DNA of 64,000 nucleotides from Haplodiscus bocki (lineage: Eukaryota): assembly GCA_965655095.1 (NCBI GenBank), contig OZ296657.1:78306001-78370000 (forward strand). The letters are read 5' to 3'. A program made the position numbers and the translations under genes. The notes under the pieces were generated by a model. The model did not search any database and had not been told where the DNA came from. It was given only the letters and a program-made list of their open reading frames with translations. Shown here piece by piece: positions 12,354 to 26,988 of the stretch (the stretch's first letter is position 1; every line of letters starts with the position of its first letter).

Positions 12354-15300
12354 ATCTCTTAACTTCCTAAGGTCACTTCTGTTGCGCCGCCAAGTTGAAC
12401 CGTTCAAACATCGGTCACAAGTCTTCAAACATTTCCTCCAGAGGTCGAGAGTGTTTAGTCAGCATTTAATAAACAACAAAGCACCCGCAGAGGATTTTCT
12501 CACAGTTGACCGTCCAGATATCTTTTGTTTTATTTTAGAAAACTAGTGAAAACGTTTTTTTATGGAATAACAGTTTTGAGCAAAAAACAAAAACGAGACA
12601 GATGTGCCTAACACAAGACGTAGATTGGGCCAAAAAATACGTAATAAGCAAGTAGATGCTCCTGAAGAATATGCCTTTAATTCGCTAAGTTATGGAAGCA
12701 TCAGTCCTTGGAGTCTGTTCCCACAACTTCCTATTTTGGCTGAGCACAGATTAGACATTGTAACTGTTAACTTTGCTGAGTCACCGCCTCTTTTTTTGAA
12801 ACAATGTGAAACACCGGTTTCCTTATCGACTAGATTCCATGTGGTGGCAACCCACGGAGGAGCTCAGCCAACTTCAGTTTCACCACAGTGAACCCTGTTA
12901 ACTCGGACGACTAAACCTGCATCATGTTTTGAGCTCCCATGTGAGTAATTCTACCGTCACTGTTGTTTTGCCCATCGCCATACCCATAGTGAATTTCCCA
13001 GTTTTCTTGGCACAATGACGATGTCATATCAAAAACGGGAACATCGGCGGCAGATGGAGATGATTGGTGGGTACCTTTAAGATCGGTTCGATCAGAGAAA
13101 AGTATCCATATTACCTGGATTGTGCCATGCGCAGAACAGAAGCATCGCAGGCCAGTTAGTCTGTATTGACTTTTCCTTCAATGCAAGACGTTACACGCAC
13201 CAGCATCTACTTCCGCTCGATCATGTGACTTCCTCCCCTGGAACGTTTCTCAGACAGCAACCCCCTTCCGGCCAAGCGATCCTATCCGGTTAATTGAAGC
13301 TTTCAATGATGACTACTCTATCTTTTTTGCACAACTATGCCTCAAACTTCCGAGACTGGGGTCGCTTGAAGCTACAATTTTTTTCCAGTAGTTAATTGGC
13401 AGACTTTTTGGGGAGTTTCACTAGTTACATACAACTTTTCAGAGTGTACCCTTTCCGTGTTTCTTTTTACTTCTGATGTTTTTCCAAGAAGGTTATTTGT
13501 TCCGAGAAAAAAGATCATTGTGAAAATAACCAAGAACTTTGGCTGCTAAAACGTCAACTTTAGTTAGAACTGCTGATCAAACTTGAAAAAGGTTCACATT
13601 TCCCATTTTTAAGTTTTCTGAGCTGTCAGTCATGTATTTCTTCGAGTGGCCTAATGAACAGAACATTCAAATTAGATTTCGTTTTTCGAAATTCCAAAAT
13701 AGTAATGTCAAACTTGGTAAGGTCAACAAGTAACAAATTCTCCTTTTTGGCACCCTGAAAGACGTGAAAAAGAAAAAGTTGTCTCCTAAAATCAGAGAAA
13801 TTTTCAACTCCCAGTGAAACATTTGCACGTCTTATGACTGACTTTCATCTTAGGTGCTCTTCAGTCTCATCGTGTTTTCCAACCTTTCGAAATTTCCAGG
13901 AAAAATCAACAGTCCACATAATTAATACGGCTCAGAAAAAGGAAGGTGTCCAAGCGGGCTAGCAACATACTGCCGCCAAACCTACAACAAAAAATCTTCA
14001 TTGTTCCAAACTGTGTGACCCTTTTTTTAGTCTATTTGGTCACACTTGTGCAAGAAGCCCACAGGACTAAATTCCTAAATCAAAAGCTGCAGAGTTCCTA
14101 TCAAACCAGTTGATAGATGATTAAAACATAAATAGTTAGAATTCCAATTCGTGAACCAAGCCGTGATCGAAAAAGTCTTTTGTCGTGGAAACAATAAAAA
14201 GACGCAATCGTGAAAGAAAAGTAACAAATATTTGCTACCGAGCGAAAACAAAGCAGAAAGGATCAGTTTGATCAGCCAAATAGCTAAAGGTATGTAATTG
14301 GCATAACTGAAATCAAAATAAAAAGAAAGGAAGAACGCTTGTGATAAAAAGCCCAAAAAATGGCACATGATGGATTGCGTTTTATTGGCGAAAACTGAAA
14401 ACTGAAGACTATTTTGGCCAAAGTATTAGTCAAACTCTTTATTGCACGGCAATTTTTCTTTACAAAATTGTGTCCAGCTTTCGTGTCACGTTTATTTTCA
14501 GTAAGGGTTTTTGTCTAAATCTTTGTACGTGCAACAAAGTCTGAACTGGAGGCAGTTTACAGTTTCGACAGCCTCCAAGGCACAGCAGTGCACAACAGTT
14601 CCAGTGTGGTTCGCAGAGAAGATACCACACAGCAACTTAGAGAAATTGATGTTTGGTGCTCATTCAGGGTGCTAATCAGGCCGGGTTAGGCGTTGTAAAT
14701 GGAGGTACTGCAGAAAAAGAAAGTGGGTTTTAACGGCGAAAAATTTACCAAAGACTGGATAAAAAGTCGTAAAATCCCTAAAGCAGTGTGACATCTCGAT
14801 AGTTATCCTTGCAGAATTTCTCAACTTCTTGCAGCTCATTCAGCTCGATTTCTGTCATTTTGAGGTCACCTCCGGGAGTACCATTTGCGATAACTATTAG
14901 ATTCACTCGGTATGTTATGTGGGAAGACGCTCTTGTTGCCATATCAGTTGCAAACTCCTTTGGTGCAACTGCTTCTCGAGCTCTTCCGACACATCTGCTT
15001 CACGTAGTAACGCAACAAAACTACAATGTTCGACCGAGTCAGATAACGGAGCAACGGATCAAGTTAAAGTTGGGGAGTGGCAGTACGTATAGCTAAAATT
15101 TCGAGCAAAACAGAAGGGCAAAAGTAACACTTATTGATTTGTTGCCTGTTCAGGGCGAAAATAGTTATCATTTTGGGGGTCCAGAAGGCAAAAAAACTAG
15201 TGAAAAAGAAGTCTGGCGCGACAATTGAAGGTGGAGAAACACACTTGATGTGGATGAAACAACATTAGAAAAACGTGGTGTAGGGTAGGGACGAAATTGT

Positions 15301-18300
15301 AGACTGTGTCTCCTCAAATAAAATCCTTTGTTTTAACATCCGTATTGACACTATCATAACAGCGGCCGAGTATCGACATCTAAAACAAAATCTAAAACGA
15401 AAAAAATGAAGTCGGAAGAATCCATTGTAGCAATTTATGATTTCTAGATCAGTTCGAGCATACCACGAAGGACGAAAAACTTAGTCACAATTCCTTACGC
15501 AAAAACGTATTCGAGAAAAAGTTCTTCAGTTTGACTCGACGCTACAAAAACAATTGAGCTACAAAATGTTACCCACCAATTGATTGTCGAGATACGAAAA
15601 TAGCAAAGCTTAGAATTTATCAACAGAATCTGCAATGGTCAACTCTGAAACTACAAATCTATCGAATTTAGCAAAAACATTGGGTTTTCAAGCTGTCAAT
15701 TCAGTTGACTAAACAATCATGGAACTTAGTAGCGACTGAGGTTATTAAAATTTTTGAAATGATTGACATAATGAATGAACAATAACTCAAAAGAGTCAAA
15801 ATGTTTCTCTGATGGAGATATCGTTTCAAACCTAATCGATTAGGTCATGCGTTTGAGCCCTAAAAGGAAAAGACACCTCAAAAAATAAAAAATGTTTGAA
15901 GGAAATTAGGACGAAGTTCCGGACAGAACGTGCAGCAAAACTAAAACATTTTGCTTTTTTCAGTATTGATTGGTGGGTTGAAAAAATTTCCAGCGCATGT
16001 TCACAACTATGCTGACAACAAGACATGAAAAAGTTAAAAAGAAGACTTTACTCAGAGCAAGCCTACTAATGAGAAACACCCATCTTTTGAGTAGTGTTTT
16101 GAGAAGAGAACGAGAAGCAAGCTCTACCGAGTTGCGCGCATTTTCTGTTTTGCTATTTGTTTTCATAAAAACATGTAAAGTTATCTCTTCGAAAAACCAA
16201 ATTTCGCTCTATGGGTTGCAAAAGATATTCTTTTCAAAGATTTCTTCGTAATATGCGAGTAGTCAACCTCACAATCTTTCACCAACATTTGAGAAAACAG
16301 TTGGGAGTCAACTGTTTGAAGTTACAATTGCAATAAAATAGCTGAATGGATTCTTTGTTTCCGAATAATACAGACAAATTTCAAGAGTACCAATGAATCG
16401 GAAAACCAAAGAAATTTTGTCAAAAAACTTGTATGGAGCATAGTGTTTCTGATGGTTGCCATATATTTGAGCTGAATTTTTCAGGTTTTGCCCTTTTGGA
16501 AGGTGTAGGTATCTAATTAGTTGAATCATCTCCTCAGTAGTCTCTCCTTTGAGCAACACAGTCCTACCTTGCAAATTTTTTCAAAACTTGGTGGAACATT
16601 TAGGCTCTCACCACGGTATCGAAACCCTGAATTTTTTGTACACAAACTGCTTTCCAATCTGAATTTGAACACGTTTTTGAAGCTTTCCACAAAGTGGAAC
16701 GTTGAAAAACCAATAAGCTTGTCAAGCAATTATTTCATTCCTTTCTGATCATTGAGTGCTAAAGGTTACAAGAAGCAGTCAACAATTAACAGTATTGAAG
16801 AATATAGCTTGCAACACAATGTTGTGCAGTAAAAAAATTTTAATTTTAAAGTGCTGGAATGACCAAAGTGTTTTTAAAAGTACTTGGATGAAAAATGGTC
16901 ATCACCGGTAGCATCACAACAGCTAACTTCAATCCCATAATGTCGTCTGTCGAAATGATTCGCTTTCAAGAACTTCATTAAAATGTAACTAGACAAAGTA
17001 CAAAATTGATGTACTTTTTTGAACAGAAATCACAAAATACTACCACAAACACGTCTGTGGACCATTCACGATTCTGATTGATTTTGCAATCTGATTTTCG
17101 ACCATCAAAGAAGAAACGCTTTTCCGTAAAAAGATGGAATTTCGAAAAAGTCAACGTAGAACAAAAAGATCGTGGAAAAGTCTGTCTGTGACTTTTCTCA
17201 AAGGAAAAAAATGTAGCATGGAAAAGACGCTTCAAGGTTTGGATAGTAACCAAAGTTCCTGCTATAACACGACTTCTGCGAAATACACACTTGTTTTTCG
17301 TTTTCTGCCGTTCGGGAGAAATCATTCACCAAATAAAAAACAGTTGACCCGAAATTATAAAGAGCTAACTGCCAGGCCATCAAACGATGCCTGGAAAACC
17401 CCTGATTTTTGGACGGAAATTTCATGATTGGTTGAATGGAAAAGGAAGTCTGGTAAAATTGAGTAAAACCACCTGCAATCAAACTTTAAGTGTACCAGAT
17501 TACATCTGTAACTTGTTGCACAAAACTCTAGAGTCGTACGGTATGATTTGTTACTGCTTAAGATAGCAGAGTTCACAGACTGAATAAAAGCTACATTGAT
17601 TAGTAATCGATTATTTTCATCAAGTTTGCCTATTGATTTTTACAAGGATTGCAACCAACTCCAGTTTTTTTGATTCATCGTTCCAAGTTCGGAATCTACG
17701 AAGAAAAGACGTCATGAGCGCAGTTCTTCTCCACGGTTTTCATAATGCAATGCGTGGATGAAATCGTCAACATTAACAATTGCTGTCGAAATCGGAAAGC
17801 CATCTCGACCTCTCCGAGTTGTCGCGAACGAGGAAGAGACAAAAAATTCTCGAAGAAAAAATCAAACTGCAACATAACATCAAGCTTTGGTGCGCTGTGT
17901 TCTTTCAGTGCACACAAACGTGAAACTTTGAGTCAATAAAAGAACTGCCAGCCGTTTCAAACGGGACATTTGGTAATAGAAAAAAGTAATAAGGATTTTT
18001 TTCTTTTCATAACTTGCGACCTAGTACCAGAGAATTTAACCCAGTCTAACAAAATCCCCGTCTTTGTTGCCAGCCTTTCCGAGGAAACTATACACGCAGA
18101 ACTGTTTCCTTTATAAAAAAAGTTTACATTTGAGTACTTCAGGCAAGTGAAACATTAATCTACCAATTTTTTGGACTGATACTTTGGTGGATCTTTTCAA
18201 TCAAGTTTACAACAACAACAAAAAAATTTTATGGTGTCAGTAGCGGAGAAGTTAAAAACAATTCAGCGATCACATGCATCATAATACTCAGCAACAAAGC

Positions 18301-21300
18301 GAATTTAATGATCGTATCAAAGTTTTTAACCACTAGGCAACAACTTCTTGGTTCTTTACCAAAAAAGAAATGTCTCACTCTGATAAGTTACAATAAAAGC
18401 GTTGTCACCGTTGCTGCTGTTGAACATCTAGAAGGTAGTCACATCAGCATCACTTTTACCTCTTCACCACTCTTACTCTCTTCTCATAATACTTACAGAA
18501 AGAAAGCAGTTCAGGTCTGTAGAAACACGAAGTGCCAGTGTGGCCAAACCATACACTTTCTACGAAACAGTTCACGAAAGTTTTTTGGTGAAAAAAAATA
18601 GTAGACAGTTTTCAAACACAACATTGTCCATCTCTTACAATCGCATCACTGCTTGGTACGAGTCACAAAAAACTCCAACAAATATAATTTTTTGGCGAGT
18701 ATTTTTCAATTTTGTAACATGAAGAGCCAACAACGATTCTTTTGGGAAGAAGTATTTTTTTACCAGAACGACGTTAGCTCTCTAGTAGACAGCTTTTTCA
18801 TTTTTCTGAAAACATAAGATCGAACAAGAAAGTTTCTGTAGTTTACTCTGCAGGAACCCAAAAACGAATGTTCAGTTCCTGAGACAGCCGCTACCCAATC
18901 TAAACCGCATGTGGAGATTTTGGAAACAACTATAACAACTGCAACACTACTTGTTGCGGAATTTTTGTTGGAAAACACTTGTGTCCCAGGAACATCATAG
19001 TAGAGATTTTTGGAAACGTGTTGTGTCCATAATTCAACAAAAATTTATCTGTGCATCTGTCAATATAAACAATATTCTAAAAAGTTGTTATGATGGCAAC
19101 CTGTAAAACACAAGTTTTCACACACTCAATCTTCCCTTTAAGGAACAGAAACCAACTCCTGCTTTGTCTCGAGTTATTGGAACACAAAGTTCCGTATGTC
19201 AGAAGTTTCGCCGCTATGACAGACGACAGAAAGGAACTGTTTCTTCTTTGAAAATCTTTATATAATCTTTTACAACATATTTCGAACCAAAACACCCAAA
19301 ATCAACTATTCAATTTGGAAAAAATAGTCTTCGTGAAGGGCTCATTTTGACACGTAGTTTCAAACGGACATTTTGTGGGCAGAGAAGTGATTGAATTTTG
19401 TCCTCCGATACAGAAAAAAACACTTCGCGTGAAATATTGGGAGTTAGTTACTCCCTTCATCCGTTTAGGAAGGGGGAACGAAAGTTTATACGAATCAGGC
19501 AGGACACGAAACCGTCAGTGGGCGCAGACCACGTTTTATCTTGCCTAGTCGGGCAAATTAGGACATAAGCTACAGTTTTGAAGTCTGGGATTTGATTGTC
19601 TCAATGAATGCCATAGAAGCACTTCCTTCTCTTTTGGGAGCTAAGGAAGGCAGGCAGGAACTTTCACTAGAAACGACTAGCCTTTGAGGAAGGCGTTCCT
19701 TCAAAACGTGAAGGTGTCATTAGCAGTTGCTGTCAAAATTCTGGAAACAAGTGCATTCTTGACCAAACAGGAAAATCGTTAGAACAAAAGCAATTATAGG
19801 ACATTTTCTGATTTTGCATTAGTTCACTTCTGCTAAGGTGATCCAGATTACATTTGGAATGAATCAACTTTTCTAGAGTAACTGTTAAATTTTCTTCCCC
19901 GAATTGAAAGAATTACAGAGAACGATTTCCTTGACGGGATGTATTTTTTGATGTAGTTTTACAACTTGTTTGTGACAGTGCAACTGTACAAAACAAAGAC
20001 ATTCTGTCTGAAACCATCTTCCAATTTTTTGAGATACTTCAGAGGTTTTGGGATTTAAATATTAGTCGAAGTAACTTTCTTTTGACAAAAAGTTCAGGAA
20101 AACCACCATCACAGTTAAAACTTCAAGACGACGGGCTAGGCAAACGTTAGGGGGTGGAATCTAAGGCCGCCATCAAAAAATCTGTTCAAATTGCAACAGA
20201 AACTTTGATGAAATCGGATGAATGACAAGTTCCGGTAGATGTTTTGTTTAGACACTCTGGGTGCAGCAATAGACAGATAAGAGTTGAAACAGCAAAGAAT
20301 CAAAAACCAGTCTCGGCTTTACTTTCCCCCGTTTTTCATAAACTCAACAAAAATAGGTGTCCAGTACAAAGCTGGAAATGGTTGCCAATCGTTTAAAAAT
20401 GGAAATATCCGATCTTCCAATAGTTTAATTCAAGTACTGTTACTTTATTTCGTTTCAAGGAAAGCCCATTTTTAACCAGAATCAGTCTAGACGACTTTCA
20501 GACAAATTTTCTCGGTTATCCATATATGGTTTGATTTCCACGTTTTTATCTTTCACTCAAAATATGTTACCTGTTGTTGAATCGGTAAATAAACAACTCC
20601 TAATAGCACAAAAACGAAAGACAGGTGTATGTCCCAAAGTATCGTGTTTTAGTGGTGGGTTCAGTTTCTATCCATATTTTAAAACGTTTCCTCCTTGTGT
20701 TATAGTTCCAAAATTGTCAAACAAAAAGTACCGCTCTCTTCGTTCCATGATGTTCTCGCTGCATGTCAACTGCTTCTATCTTGCATCGTGTAGTGGAAAT
20801 GTTTCCTCCAGTTGGTACTCGTTAATCGAACTAAAGAACTTTGTCCCCATGATTGGTCCACATAAACCCTCTTTATGTTATTAGCCTGTAGCTTCTGAAC
20901 GTCTTGGTATATCCATGTAATAGGTTGCATGGTTGTAACTAAATAGATTTTTTGAAAGAAAAATCTTTGGAATGAGGACCTTCAAATTTTGAAGAAGGCT
21001 GTTGCAATGCAACAAGTGTTGCCCCTTTTCCACTCAATTTGTTCACTACTGCAAATATTGGTCAAAAGTGTTTGGTCATCCAATCAAATTGCGGTGAAAA
21101 CTCTTCTCTCACACATAATGTGCCTTTCCTGATGGCCTACACACAAATCTACGCCTTCCAGATGTTTTTGGTAACATTCAGCTAAGCAACTGTTCTTTGA
21201 AGGTTTCTAAATCGTGCCACCTTTCAGATACATAAGGAGTAATGTACAAAGAAAGTCAATACTTCGATGTCGTAAAAAGGGCGTCAAAATTTAGTTTCAA

Positions 21301-24300
21301 CTCTAAAGTATTTGGAAGAATGGCAAGTAATTTTCAGAAAAAAACGACTGAAGACACAATTCCAGAAACAAATACCATCACCTTCAACGATTACACTTGC
21401 CATCATAACGAGGTGGACAGAGGTGATGAAACTCGGGCCGATGTTTGAAAAAACTAAGCTTAATTCTTGTTTTTAAAAAAATGCAATGTCTCGCTAATGG
21501 TTTGATTTTTATCAAAGTGAATCTGTAATCTTAGAAGTTTTGTACAAAGTCAAGGCAGCTAGTTTTTGCAACGTTTAGTTCAAAAAAACTGACTCGGAAC
21601 GAGTTTCTCAGAATTCAGTGATTGTTTAGAGTTTGAGTTGTTCTGTTCTTTTATTACCTCTATGAAGAGATTTTTTTGACACATGGGGCAGACTGCTACT
21701 TCCGATACACATCTTTTTACCAATATTTTGAAAGCAAGTGCGTAAACAGAGTCATCGTTTGATTCGATTTGACATGCTTCCTGCTTTCTTTTTTCGAATC
21801 ATAACTCAAATCTGGGTGTTTATCACCCTTTGCCTTTGCGTGGAGTACATATCTAATTTCAAGTTTTTTTAATTGCTCTGATGTCACCATATTCGTGAAC
21901 ATTCGCAAAACTATTTTTCGACCCACCACTCAGTGAAGAAAAAATGTACAGCTTTCCAATTTGGAAGCAAGCTCTCTCTGAACTTTAAACCTTGTTTCTT
22001 TCAAACGTGCTGTATTGCTTAAGCTTTAACTTTAAGAAAAGGATTAGAACGCATCGATCGAGTAATAGCTCATACCTGATACCTGCACCAAAAAAACCAT
22101 TTGACTGCTATTTTCTTCATACTCCTTCAATTACAACCTACGACTCTCATATCAAAAAAGGTTGCATTGTTGTTTTTTTCGGAACAATCAATACCAAAGA
22201 ACCAGAAAAACAAGGAAAAAACATTTGTTGTCAACCTCACAAAAATGTTTCTATTAAAGTTGTGCAGACTGCCTTGTTGAACTAGGTGATTTGAATCCGT
22301 TTATTTGTCATGTTACTGACCCTTCAACAAAAGACTGCGAAATTGTCAAACGTTAAGGCGAAGTCAAGGTTACGTAGTTATACAAGCGGAATCAACTCTG
22401 AACAGTTCAGAGAAAAAGTTGATTGGACTTATTAGAAAAAGCGTTGCCCAATGTTGAGAAGTTTTTGCCGAATTTGTTTTTTTGAAAAAAATGTAAATCT
22501 GAACCAATCACTATTGCTTGTCATAGACAAGTTTTTGTTTCGGATTACCGGTAAGAAACAATCAATGGTTGAGTTCTTTGAAATTATCATGCGAAATTAG
22601 GATTTGTCTTATTGCGTTTGAGGTGTCTTAGTACATTGGGCGAACCGCAATCAAGACACAAAGCTGAAAAATTTATCAAAACTCCGGATTATTGAGCTGC
22701 AAACATGTACCAGTGGGCAATCGAGTATCTGCAGGGATAAAAACAAACCGTGTCATGCTCGCATGAGCAAAAAGCAACTACGTAAAGTCAAAAATCAAAA
22801 AACTGATCTCCCATTACCAATCCCATGCACTACTTTTCTTCTATCTAGGCGCTAGGAGTTCAATGCAACCAAATATAGGTATGAAAGCCAAATTGATTCA
22901 ATAATTGTTCTCCACGATAAGGACGCAACTTTATAGTTTGAATATTGGAATCTGACGTAAACAAAACCCCAATTGATTGAATAAAAACACTGCCACCCAA
23001 AAATTACAATTGAACAAATGACATAAGCACATAATCAAGACTAATGAACAGACATATTGAACTATTCAGCACCCTGTACCAACTGCAAGAAGTTGACAAG
23101 CAATTGCAGCACTAATACAGGAAAACAAAATGATTGAAATTCACGTTGCTATTTACCGCGTGCTGATTTAGACAGGTTTCCAGGTGATGCAAGCAAGGAA
23201 TTGAAGATTGTTGTGAAAACGATACTACACGCGTCCTATTTCACTCACGTGTGCGTACGAACAAATTGAGCGGAACCTTTGGTTTGAGGACGGAATATAC
23301 ATCACAGCAATACCTTCACCGATTAGCAGGCTTGTATAAGACAAGCAGAAGTTTGAAAAATGAGAAAAACGATCACAAGTTAGTGTAACGAAAACATATG
23401 TGCTGGCGGAAAAACAAATACAGAAGAAACAATGATTCAACTTTGCTGAATTCGATCATAGGACTCTATTCTGATGTCTACGTTTCGGAAGAAAGTTGAA
23501 TGAACTCCAAGATTGAAGTTTTATTTAGGGTGCTTTTCGTAAACGAAATTGATAGATAAGTGCTTTAATGCTCATTTCAAATGTTTTGCTGAACACAACA
23601 TTTTGACCCATGCAGTACCTTTACCAAACGACTCGCTGGTACATAATTTCTTCTTCAGTAATTCGTAAACGAAGAGAGCGAAAGTGTGGTATCAGATGTA
23701 GTAAAAGTTAGCTCCAATCAGCAAGTGCTAAATCGGTAACGTGACCAGTCAGAACAATTTTCAATTAGCAGCCATTACGAGGATAAAACATTCTAGTAGC
23801 CAGTATTTACTTCACACATCACCCGGAAGTTCCACGTTCCAATCAATCATCACCACATTATACTCTCATTGTTTAATAATGCAATTTTTAACTCATGCAA
23901 TCACAAAATCAAATACAATCAATCTTAAACACCTATCTTCTTCCAAAAACTTACGAGTTTACTAAAGCAACAACAATTTTGTCGGAAGAGAACCGAACAA
24001 CCATCAGACGATTTGTTGAGCTTGGTGATACCCATTACTCGGTTGAATCCGGTAGGAATAGAAAAGGAAACGTTCCGGTCACAAATGACAAAAGAATGAC
24101 TTCGTCCGAGGTAGACCGGAGAATAAATGAAATTGTTGTATCTCGGTCTACAGAATTGGAAGCACTAATCCGGTCAGTGAAGGAACTTAGTGAAAGTTCT
24201 ATTGGCTGGACTGAAATGATATTGGCTCAACACAACTCGATCGAGATCGTCTCAACGTTCCGACAGAGGTCAGGCGTAATAATTACTTCCGAACCATATT

Positions 24301-25988
24301 AGTCATCTGCGGACACCCTGGAAAAAATTTTCTATTTTGGGCCAGAATGAGACGTTATGCCCTTCTTAATAAATGAAAGGAACCCTTCTGGTCAGCTCCG
24401 ACGAGTTCTCTGCATTCTTGTAATTCTTTTTATTAGATTTTTATTAGAGTTTATTTTTCATCACTGAAACGACAGTTGCTGTAATTTTATCTTGGAGGCA
24501 AGAAAACGAGAACTTAGGAGGAAGCTGCAAGCTTGGGTAAGATTGGACGAGAAACCAAACATGGTCCATTCAGCTCCGCAGCTAGGCACCCTAGATGTTC
24601 CCCCAGAAGTCTCCAATCCGTTAACACATGTAGCCCAACAGCCTGGAATTTGCCGATTGGATAAGCGATGCCATCGAACCGCTGGAAGAACGGTTTGACC
24701 AAGTCCTAGAAAGAGCTGTGACAACGCAGAGTTTGATGGCCAACTTACTACCAGTTGCGTATGGAACAATACATCCCGCCGGAGCAAACGTAGTTAGGGG
24801 AAGTTAGGTAAACCTGATCGAGGAACTTGAATGCACGTGACTTGTACGTCGAGAGCTGCCAAGTGGCACCTTTTTTTGCGTACATGAGCACAAATGATAA
24901 TCCCATAGCTGAGAGTCATCAAAATTTTTACGGATTCCAGCATTTTCAACGATTTCCGGTGCATAAAATTGCCTTCCAGACCGTTAAATTTTGTGTATGA
25001 TTGCTGTATCACAGTTTAATTGTTGTGTAATATGTCTTTAATGAATCACTAAATGAGGACAAAAAAGCTGTTGACTTACAAAAATTCTGAAAAGATATGG
25101 TTCCTACATATTTTTCAACTAGTTTTGAAAATTCACCCCTCTTTCGATTTTTGGCTTCTTGGGTAACCTTCAAAAATCTTTGGACCAGACGAAATGTTGG
25201 CTGATATAGTGTTTCGCTGTATGCAAATTTTCAGATGGTTCGAAGTTTTCAGTTGATCACCATGCGATCCAAGACTTTTGCCATTGAGTATACGTCAGCA
25301 GTTGTAGAAAACAATTGAAGCACGCCCAATTATCAATGGTGTTTGGTCCAGTCTTGGAGAAAGAAAAAATGTACGTAGAGAAAGGAAAAGAATCTTGGAA
25401 CTTCCAGACGAAACCGACTTGGCTTGTTATATTATCAACCTCTTTTGACTCAATAAAGGATCCTGTTTTTGGAGAAGTGGGTTGAAAACTAGCTGATATT
25501 GAAAACTAGCTGATATTGAAAATTTAATTAAGGCTGCAAAATGATGATTGAACTCTTCTGTTTCCTCAATAATAATAATGGAATAAAGAAGTGATATTAT
25601 CAATTCAATATGATTAGAATGTATCAATCGAGTGACACCAATGGAGAGTGGACTGACCAGCTGTTGGTGACTCTGGGGATGGGACAGAAAGTAACATGTA
25701 TTTAGCCAGTTGAACAAATTAATTATCAAATCATTAAATCGAATCGAATCAAATTAATTGGCCTCTAATACCATCATGGCATGAGTTTGATGAAAACAAC
25801 GGATTATCATCTCAAAATAAAATCATTCTGCTTCTACAGTGGGCTACAATTAAAACACATCAAAATATCATCTTTCATTTTTCACACATTTCTGCAGAAA
25901 AGGCCAAGTCGTACAAACTATTGAAGAAGCAGCATGACTTTGTTATAAAAAATAATTCGCCTCACAGAGCCGTCCTCTGAAATTCCCC

Positions 25989-25994
25989 TTTATT
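25989..25994 (-). terminator. Candidate poly(A) signal of the CELF gene
   Basis: First AATAAA I found on the minus strand downstream of the stop codon (~1.1 kb). The background is AT-rich, so this is weak. Confidence 0.3.
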
Positions 25995-26198
25995 TCAAAA
26001 ATTTGCTTAATGTAAACATCGCATGTTTGAAAAATTTCAAGGACGTAAATGTTTGGCTATTTAAAAATAACGAAAGTGATTATATCTGCTTTTAGACTTT
26101 TAGAGCAGAATCTTCTAATCGGTTTCAATGAGTTGTTTTAAAGAGTGAAAAATGTTGTGGTGATGATGCATGTGGCATTACACCCCAAAAAGAAAGTT

Positions 26199-26354
26199 GG
26201 ATCTTTTCTGTTAACTCCCCCCTCCCCCCCCCCCACACCATAATGGATATGCGAAATAATAAGCGGCGTAATGTATAAACTCACGCGCGAGTGAATTTTA
26301 GCCAATCAGAGACGAGTTCGCTTCTACATGGGGGGGAGTTAACAGAAAAGATCC
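26199..26354. mobile_element. 156-bp MITE with ~24-bp TIRs and 8-bp TSD
   Basis: GGATCTTTTCTGTTAACTCCCCC...GGGGGAGTTAACAGAAAAGATCC, flanked by AGAAAGTT at 26191-26198 and 26355-26362. Confidence 0.9.
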
Positions 26355-26824
26355 AGAAAGTTAGACGAACAACTCAAATTGCACAAAAAAAAAGATTGTT
26401 TGTGTAACGATGAGTCATTGCTCCGGGTGTACACGAAGAGAGGGACAGCGACCCGGAATAGAATAGGAGGGAGCAAGGTTAGAGTCTAAGAGACTCGAGT
26501 GGGAAGGGAGATTGTGAATGGAAATTTCTTTCAGGAATGGTAGAAGGGAAGGTGTCATAGCTGCATTAATTGAAGATTGATTATTGTGAGTTTACCTCGA
26601 AAAATAAGAATGTAAGAATGTTAACTTGTTCTCTGAATTATTAACTAAATTTGAAAACGAATTTGAGGTTTTGAACCGAAAGATTGAAAGCAATATAAGC
26701 ATTAAAGCAGTTTTATAAAAAATAAAGTTGAAAAGAAATGAAGTTGAAGTTGGGTCGCCAACTCTTCGTGTCCTGTTGCGTTTCTCTCACTCCAGAGTTT
26801 CAAATATTGAACCAACAAATATTC

Positions 26825-26988
26825 AGCCAATAATAGGCAACCCACAAATGATAGTACATGTATAATGCTAATGACTAATCGTGATGACGTCACGTGTCGC
26901 CAAATGAGTCAGCCAATAAGAATTGGTAATCCGTGAATGACTCACACTCATTCACTAATCAAGTTGCGTCGTTTTCTTCCATATAAGG
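26825..26988. promoter_or_regulatory. Cluster of transcription-factor consensus sites (CRE, E-box, 2x AP-1, 3x CCAAT, CArG)
   Basis: TGACGTCA 26885-26892; CACGTG 26891-26896; TGAGTCA 26905-26911; TGACTCA 26938-26944; AGCCAAT 26825 and 26911; ATTGG 26922; CCATATAAGG 26979-26988. Function is inferred only. Confidence 0.5.

Noticed and set aside
23895-24302. 135-aa ORF with a short coiled-coil-like stretch, possibly gag-like
   Set aside because: I found no zinc knuckle, protease, RT or paired LTRs, so it cannot be assigned.
25484-25522. 17-bp tandem duplication gaaaactagctgatatt
   Set aside because: It is an ordinary slippage duplication, not a repeat-spacer array.
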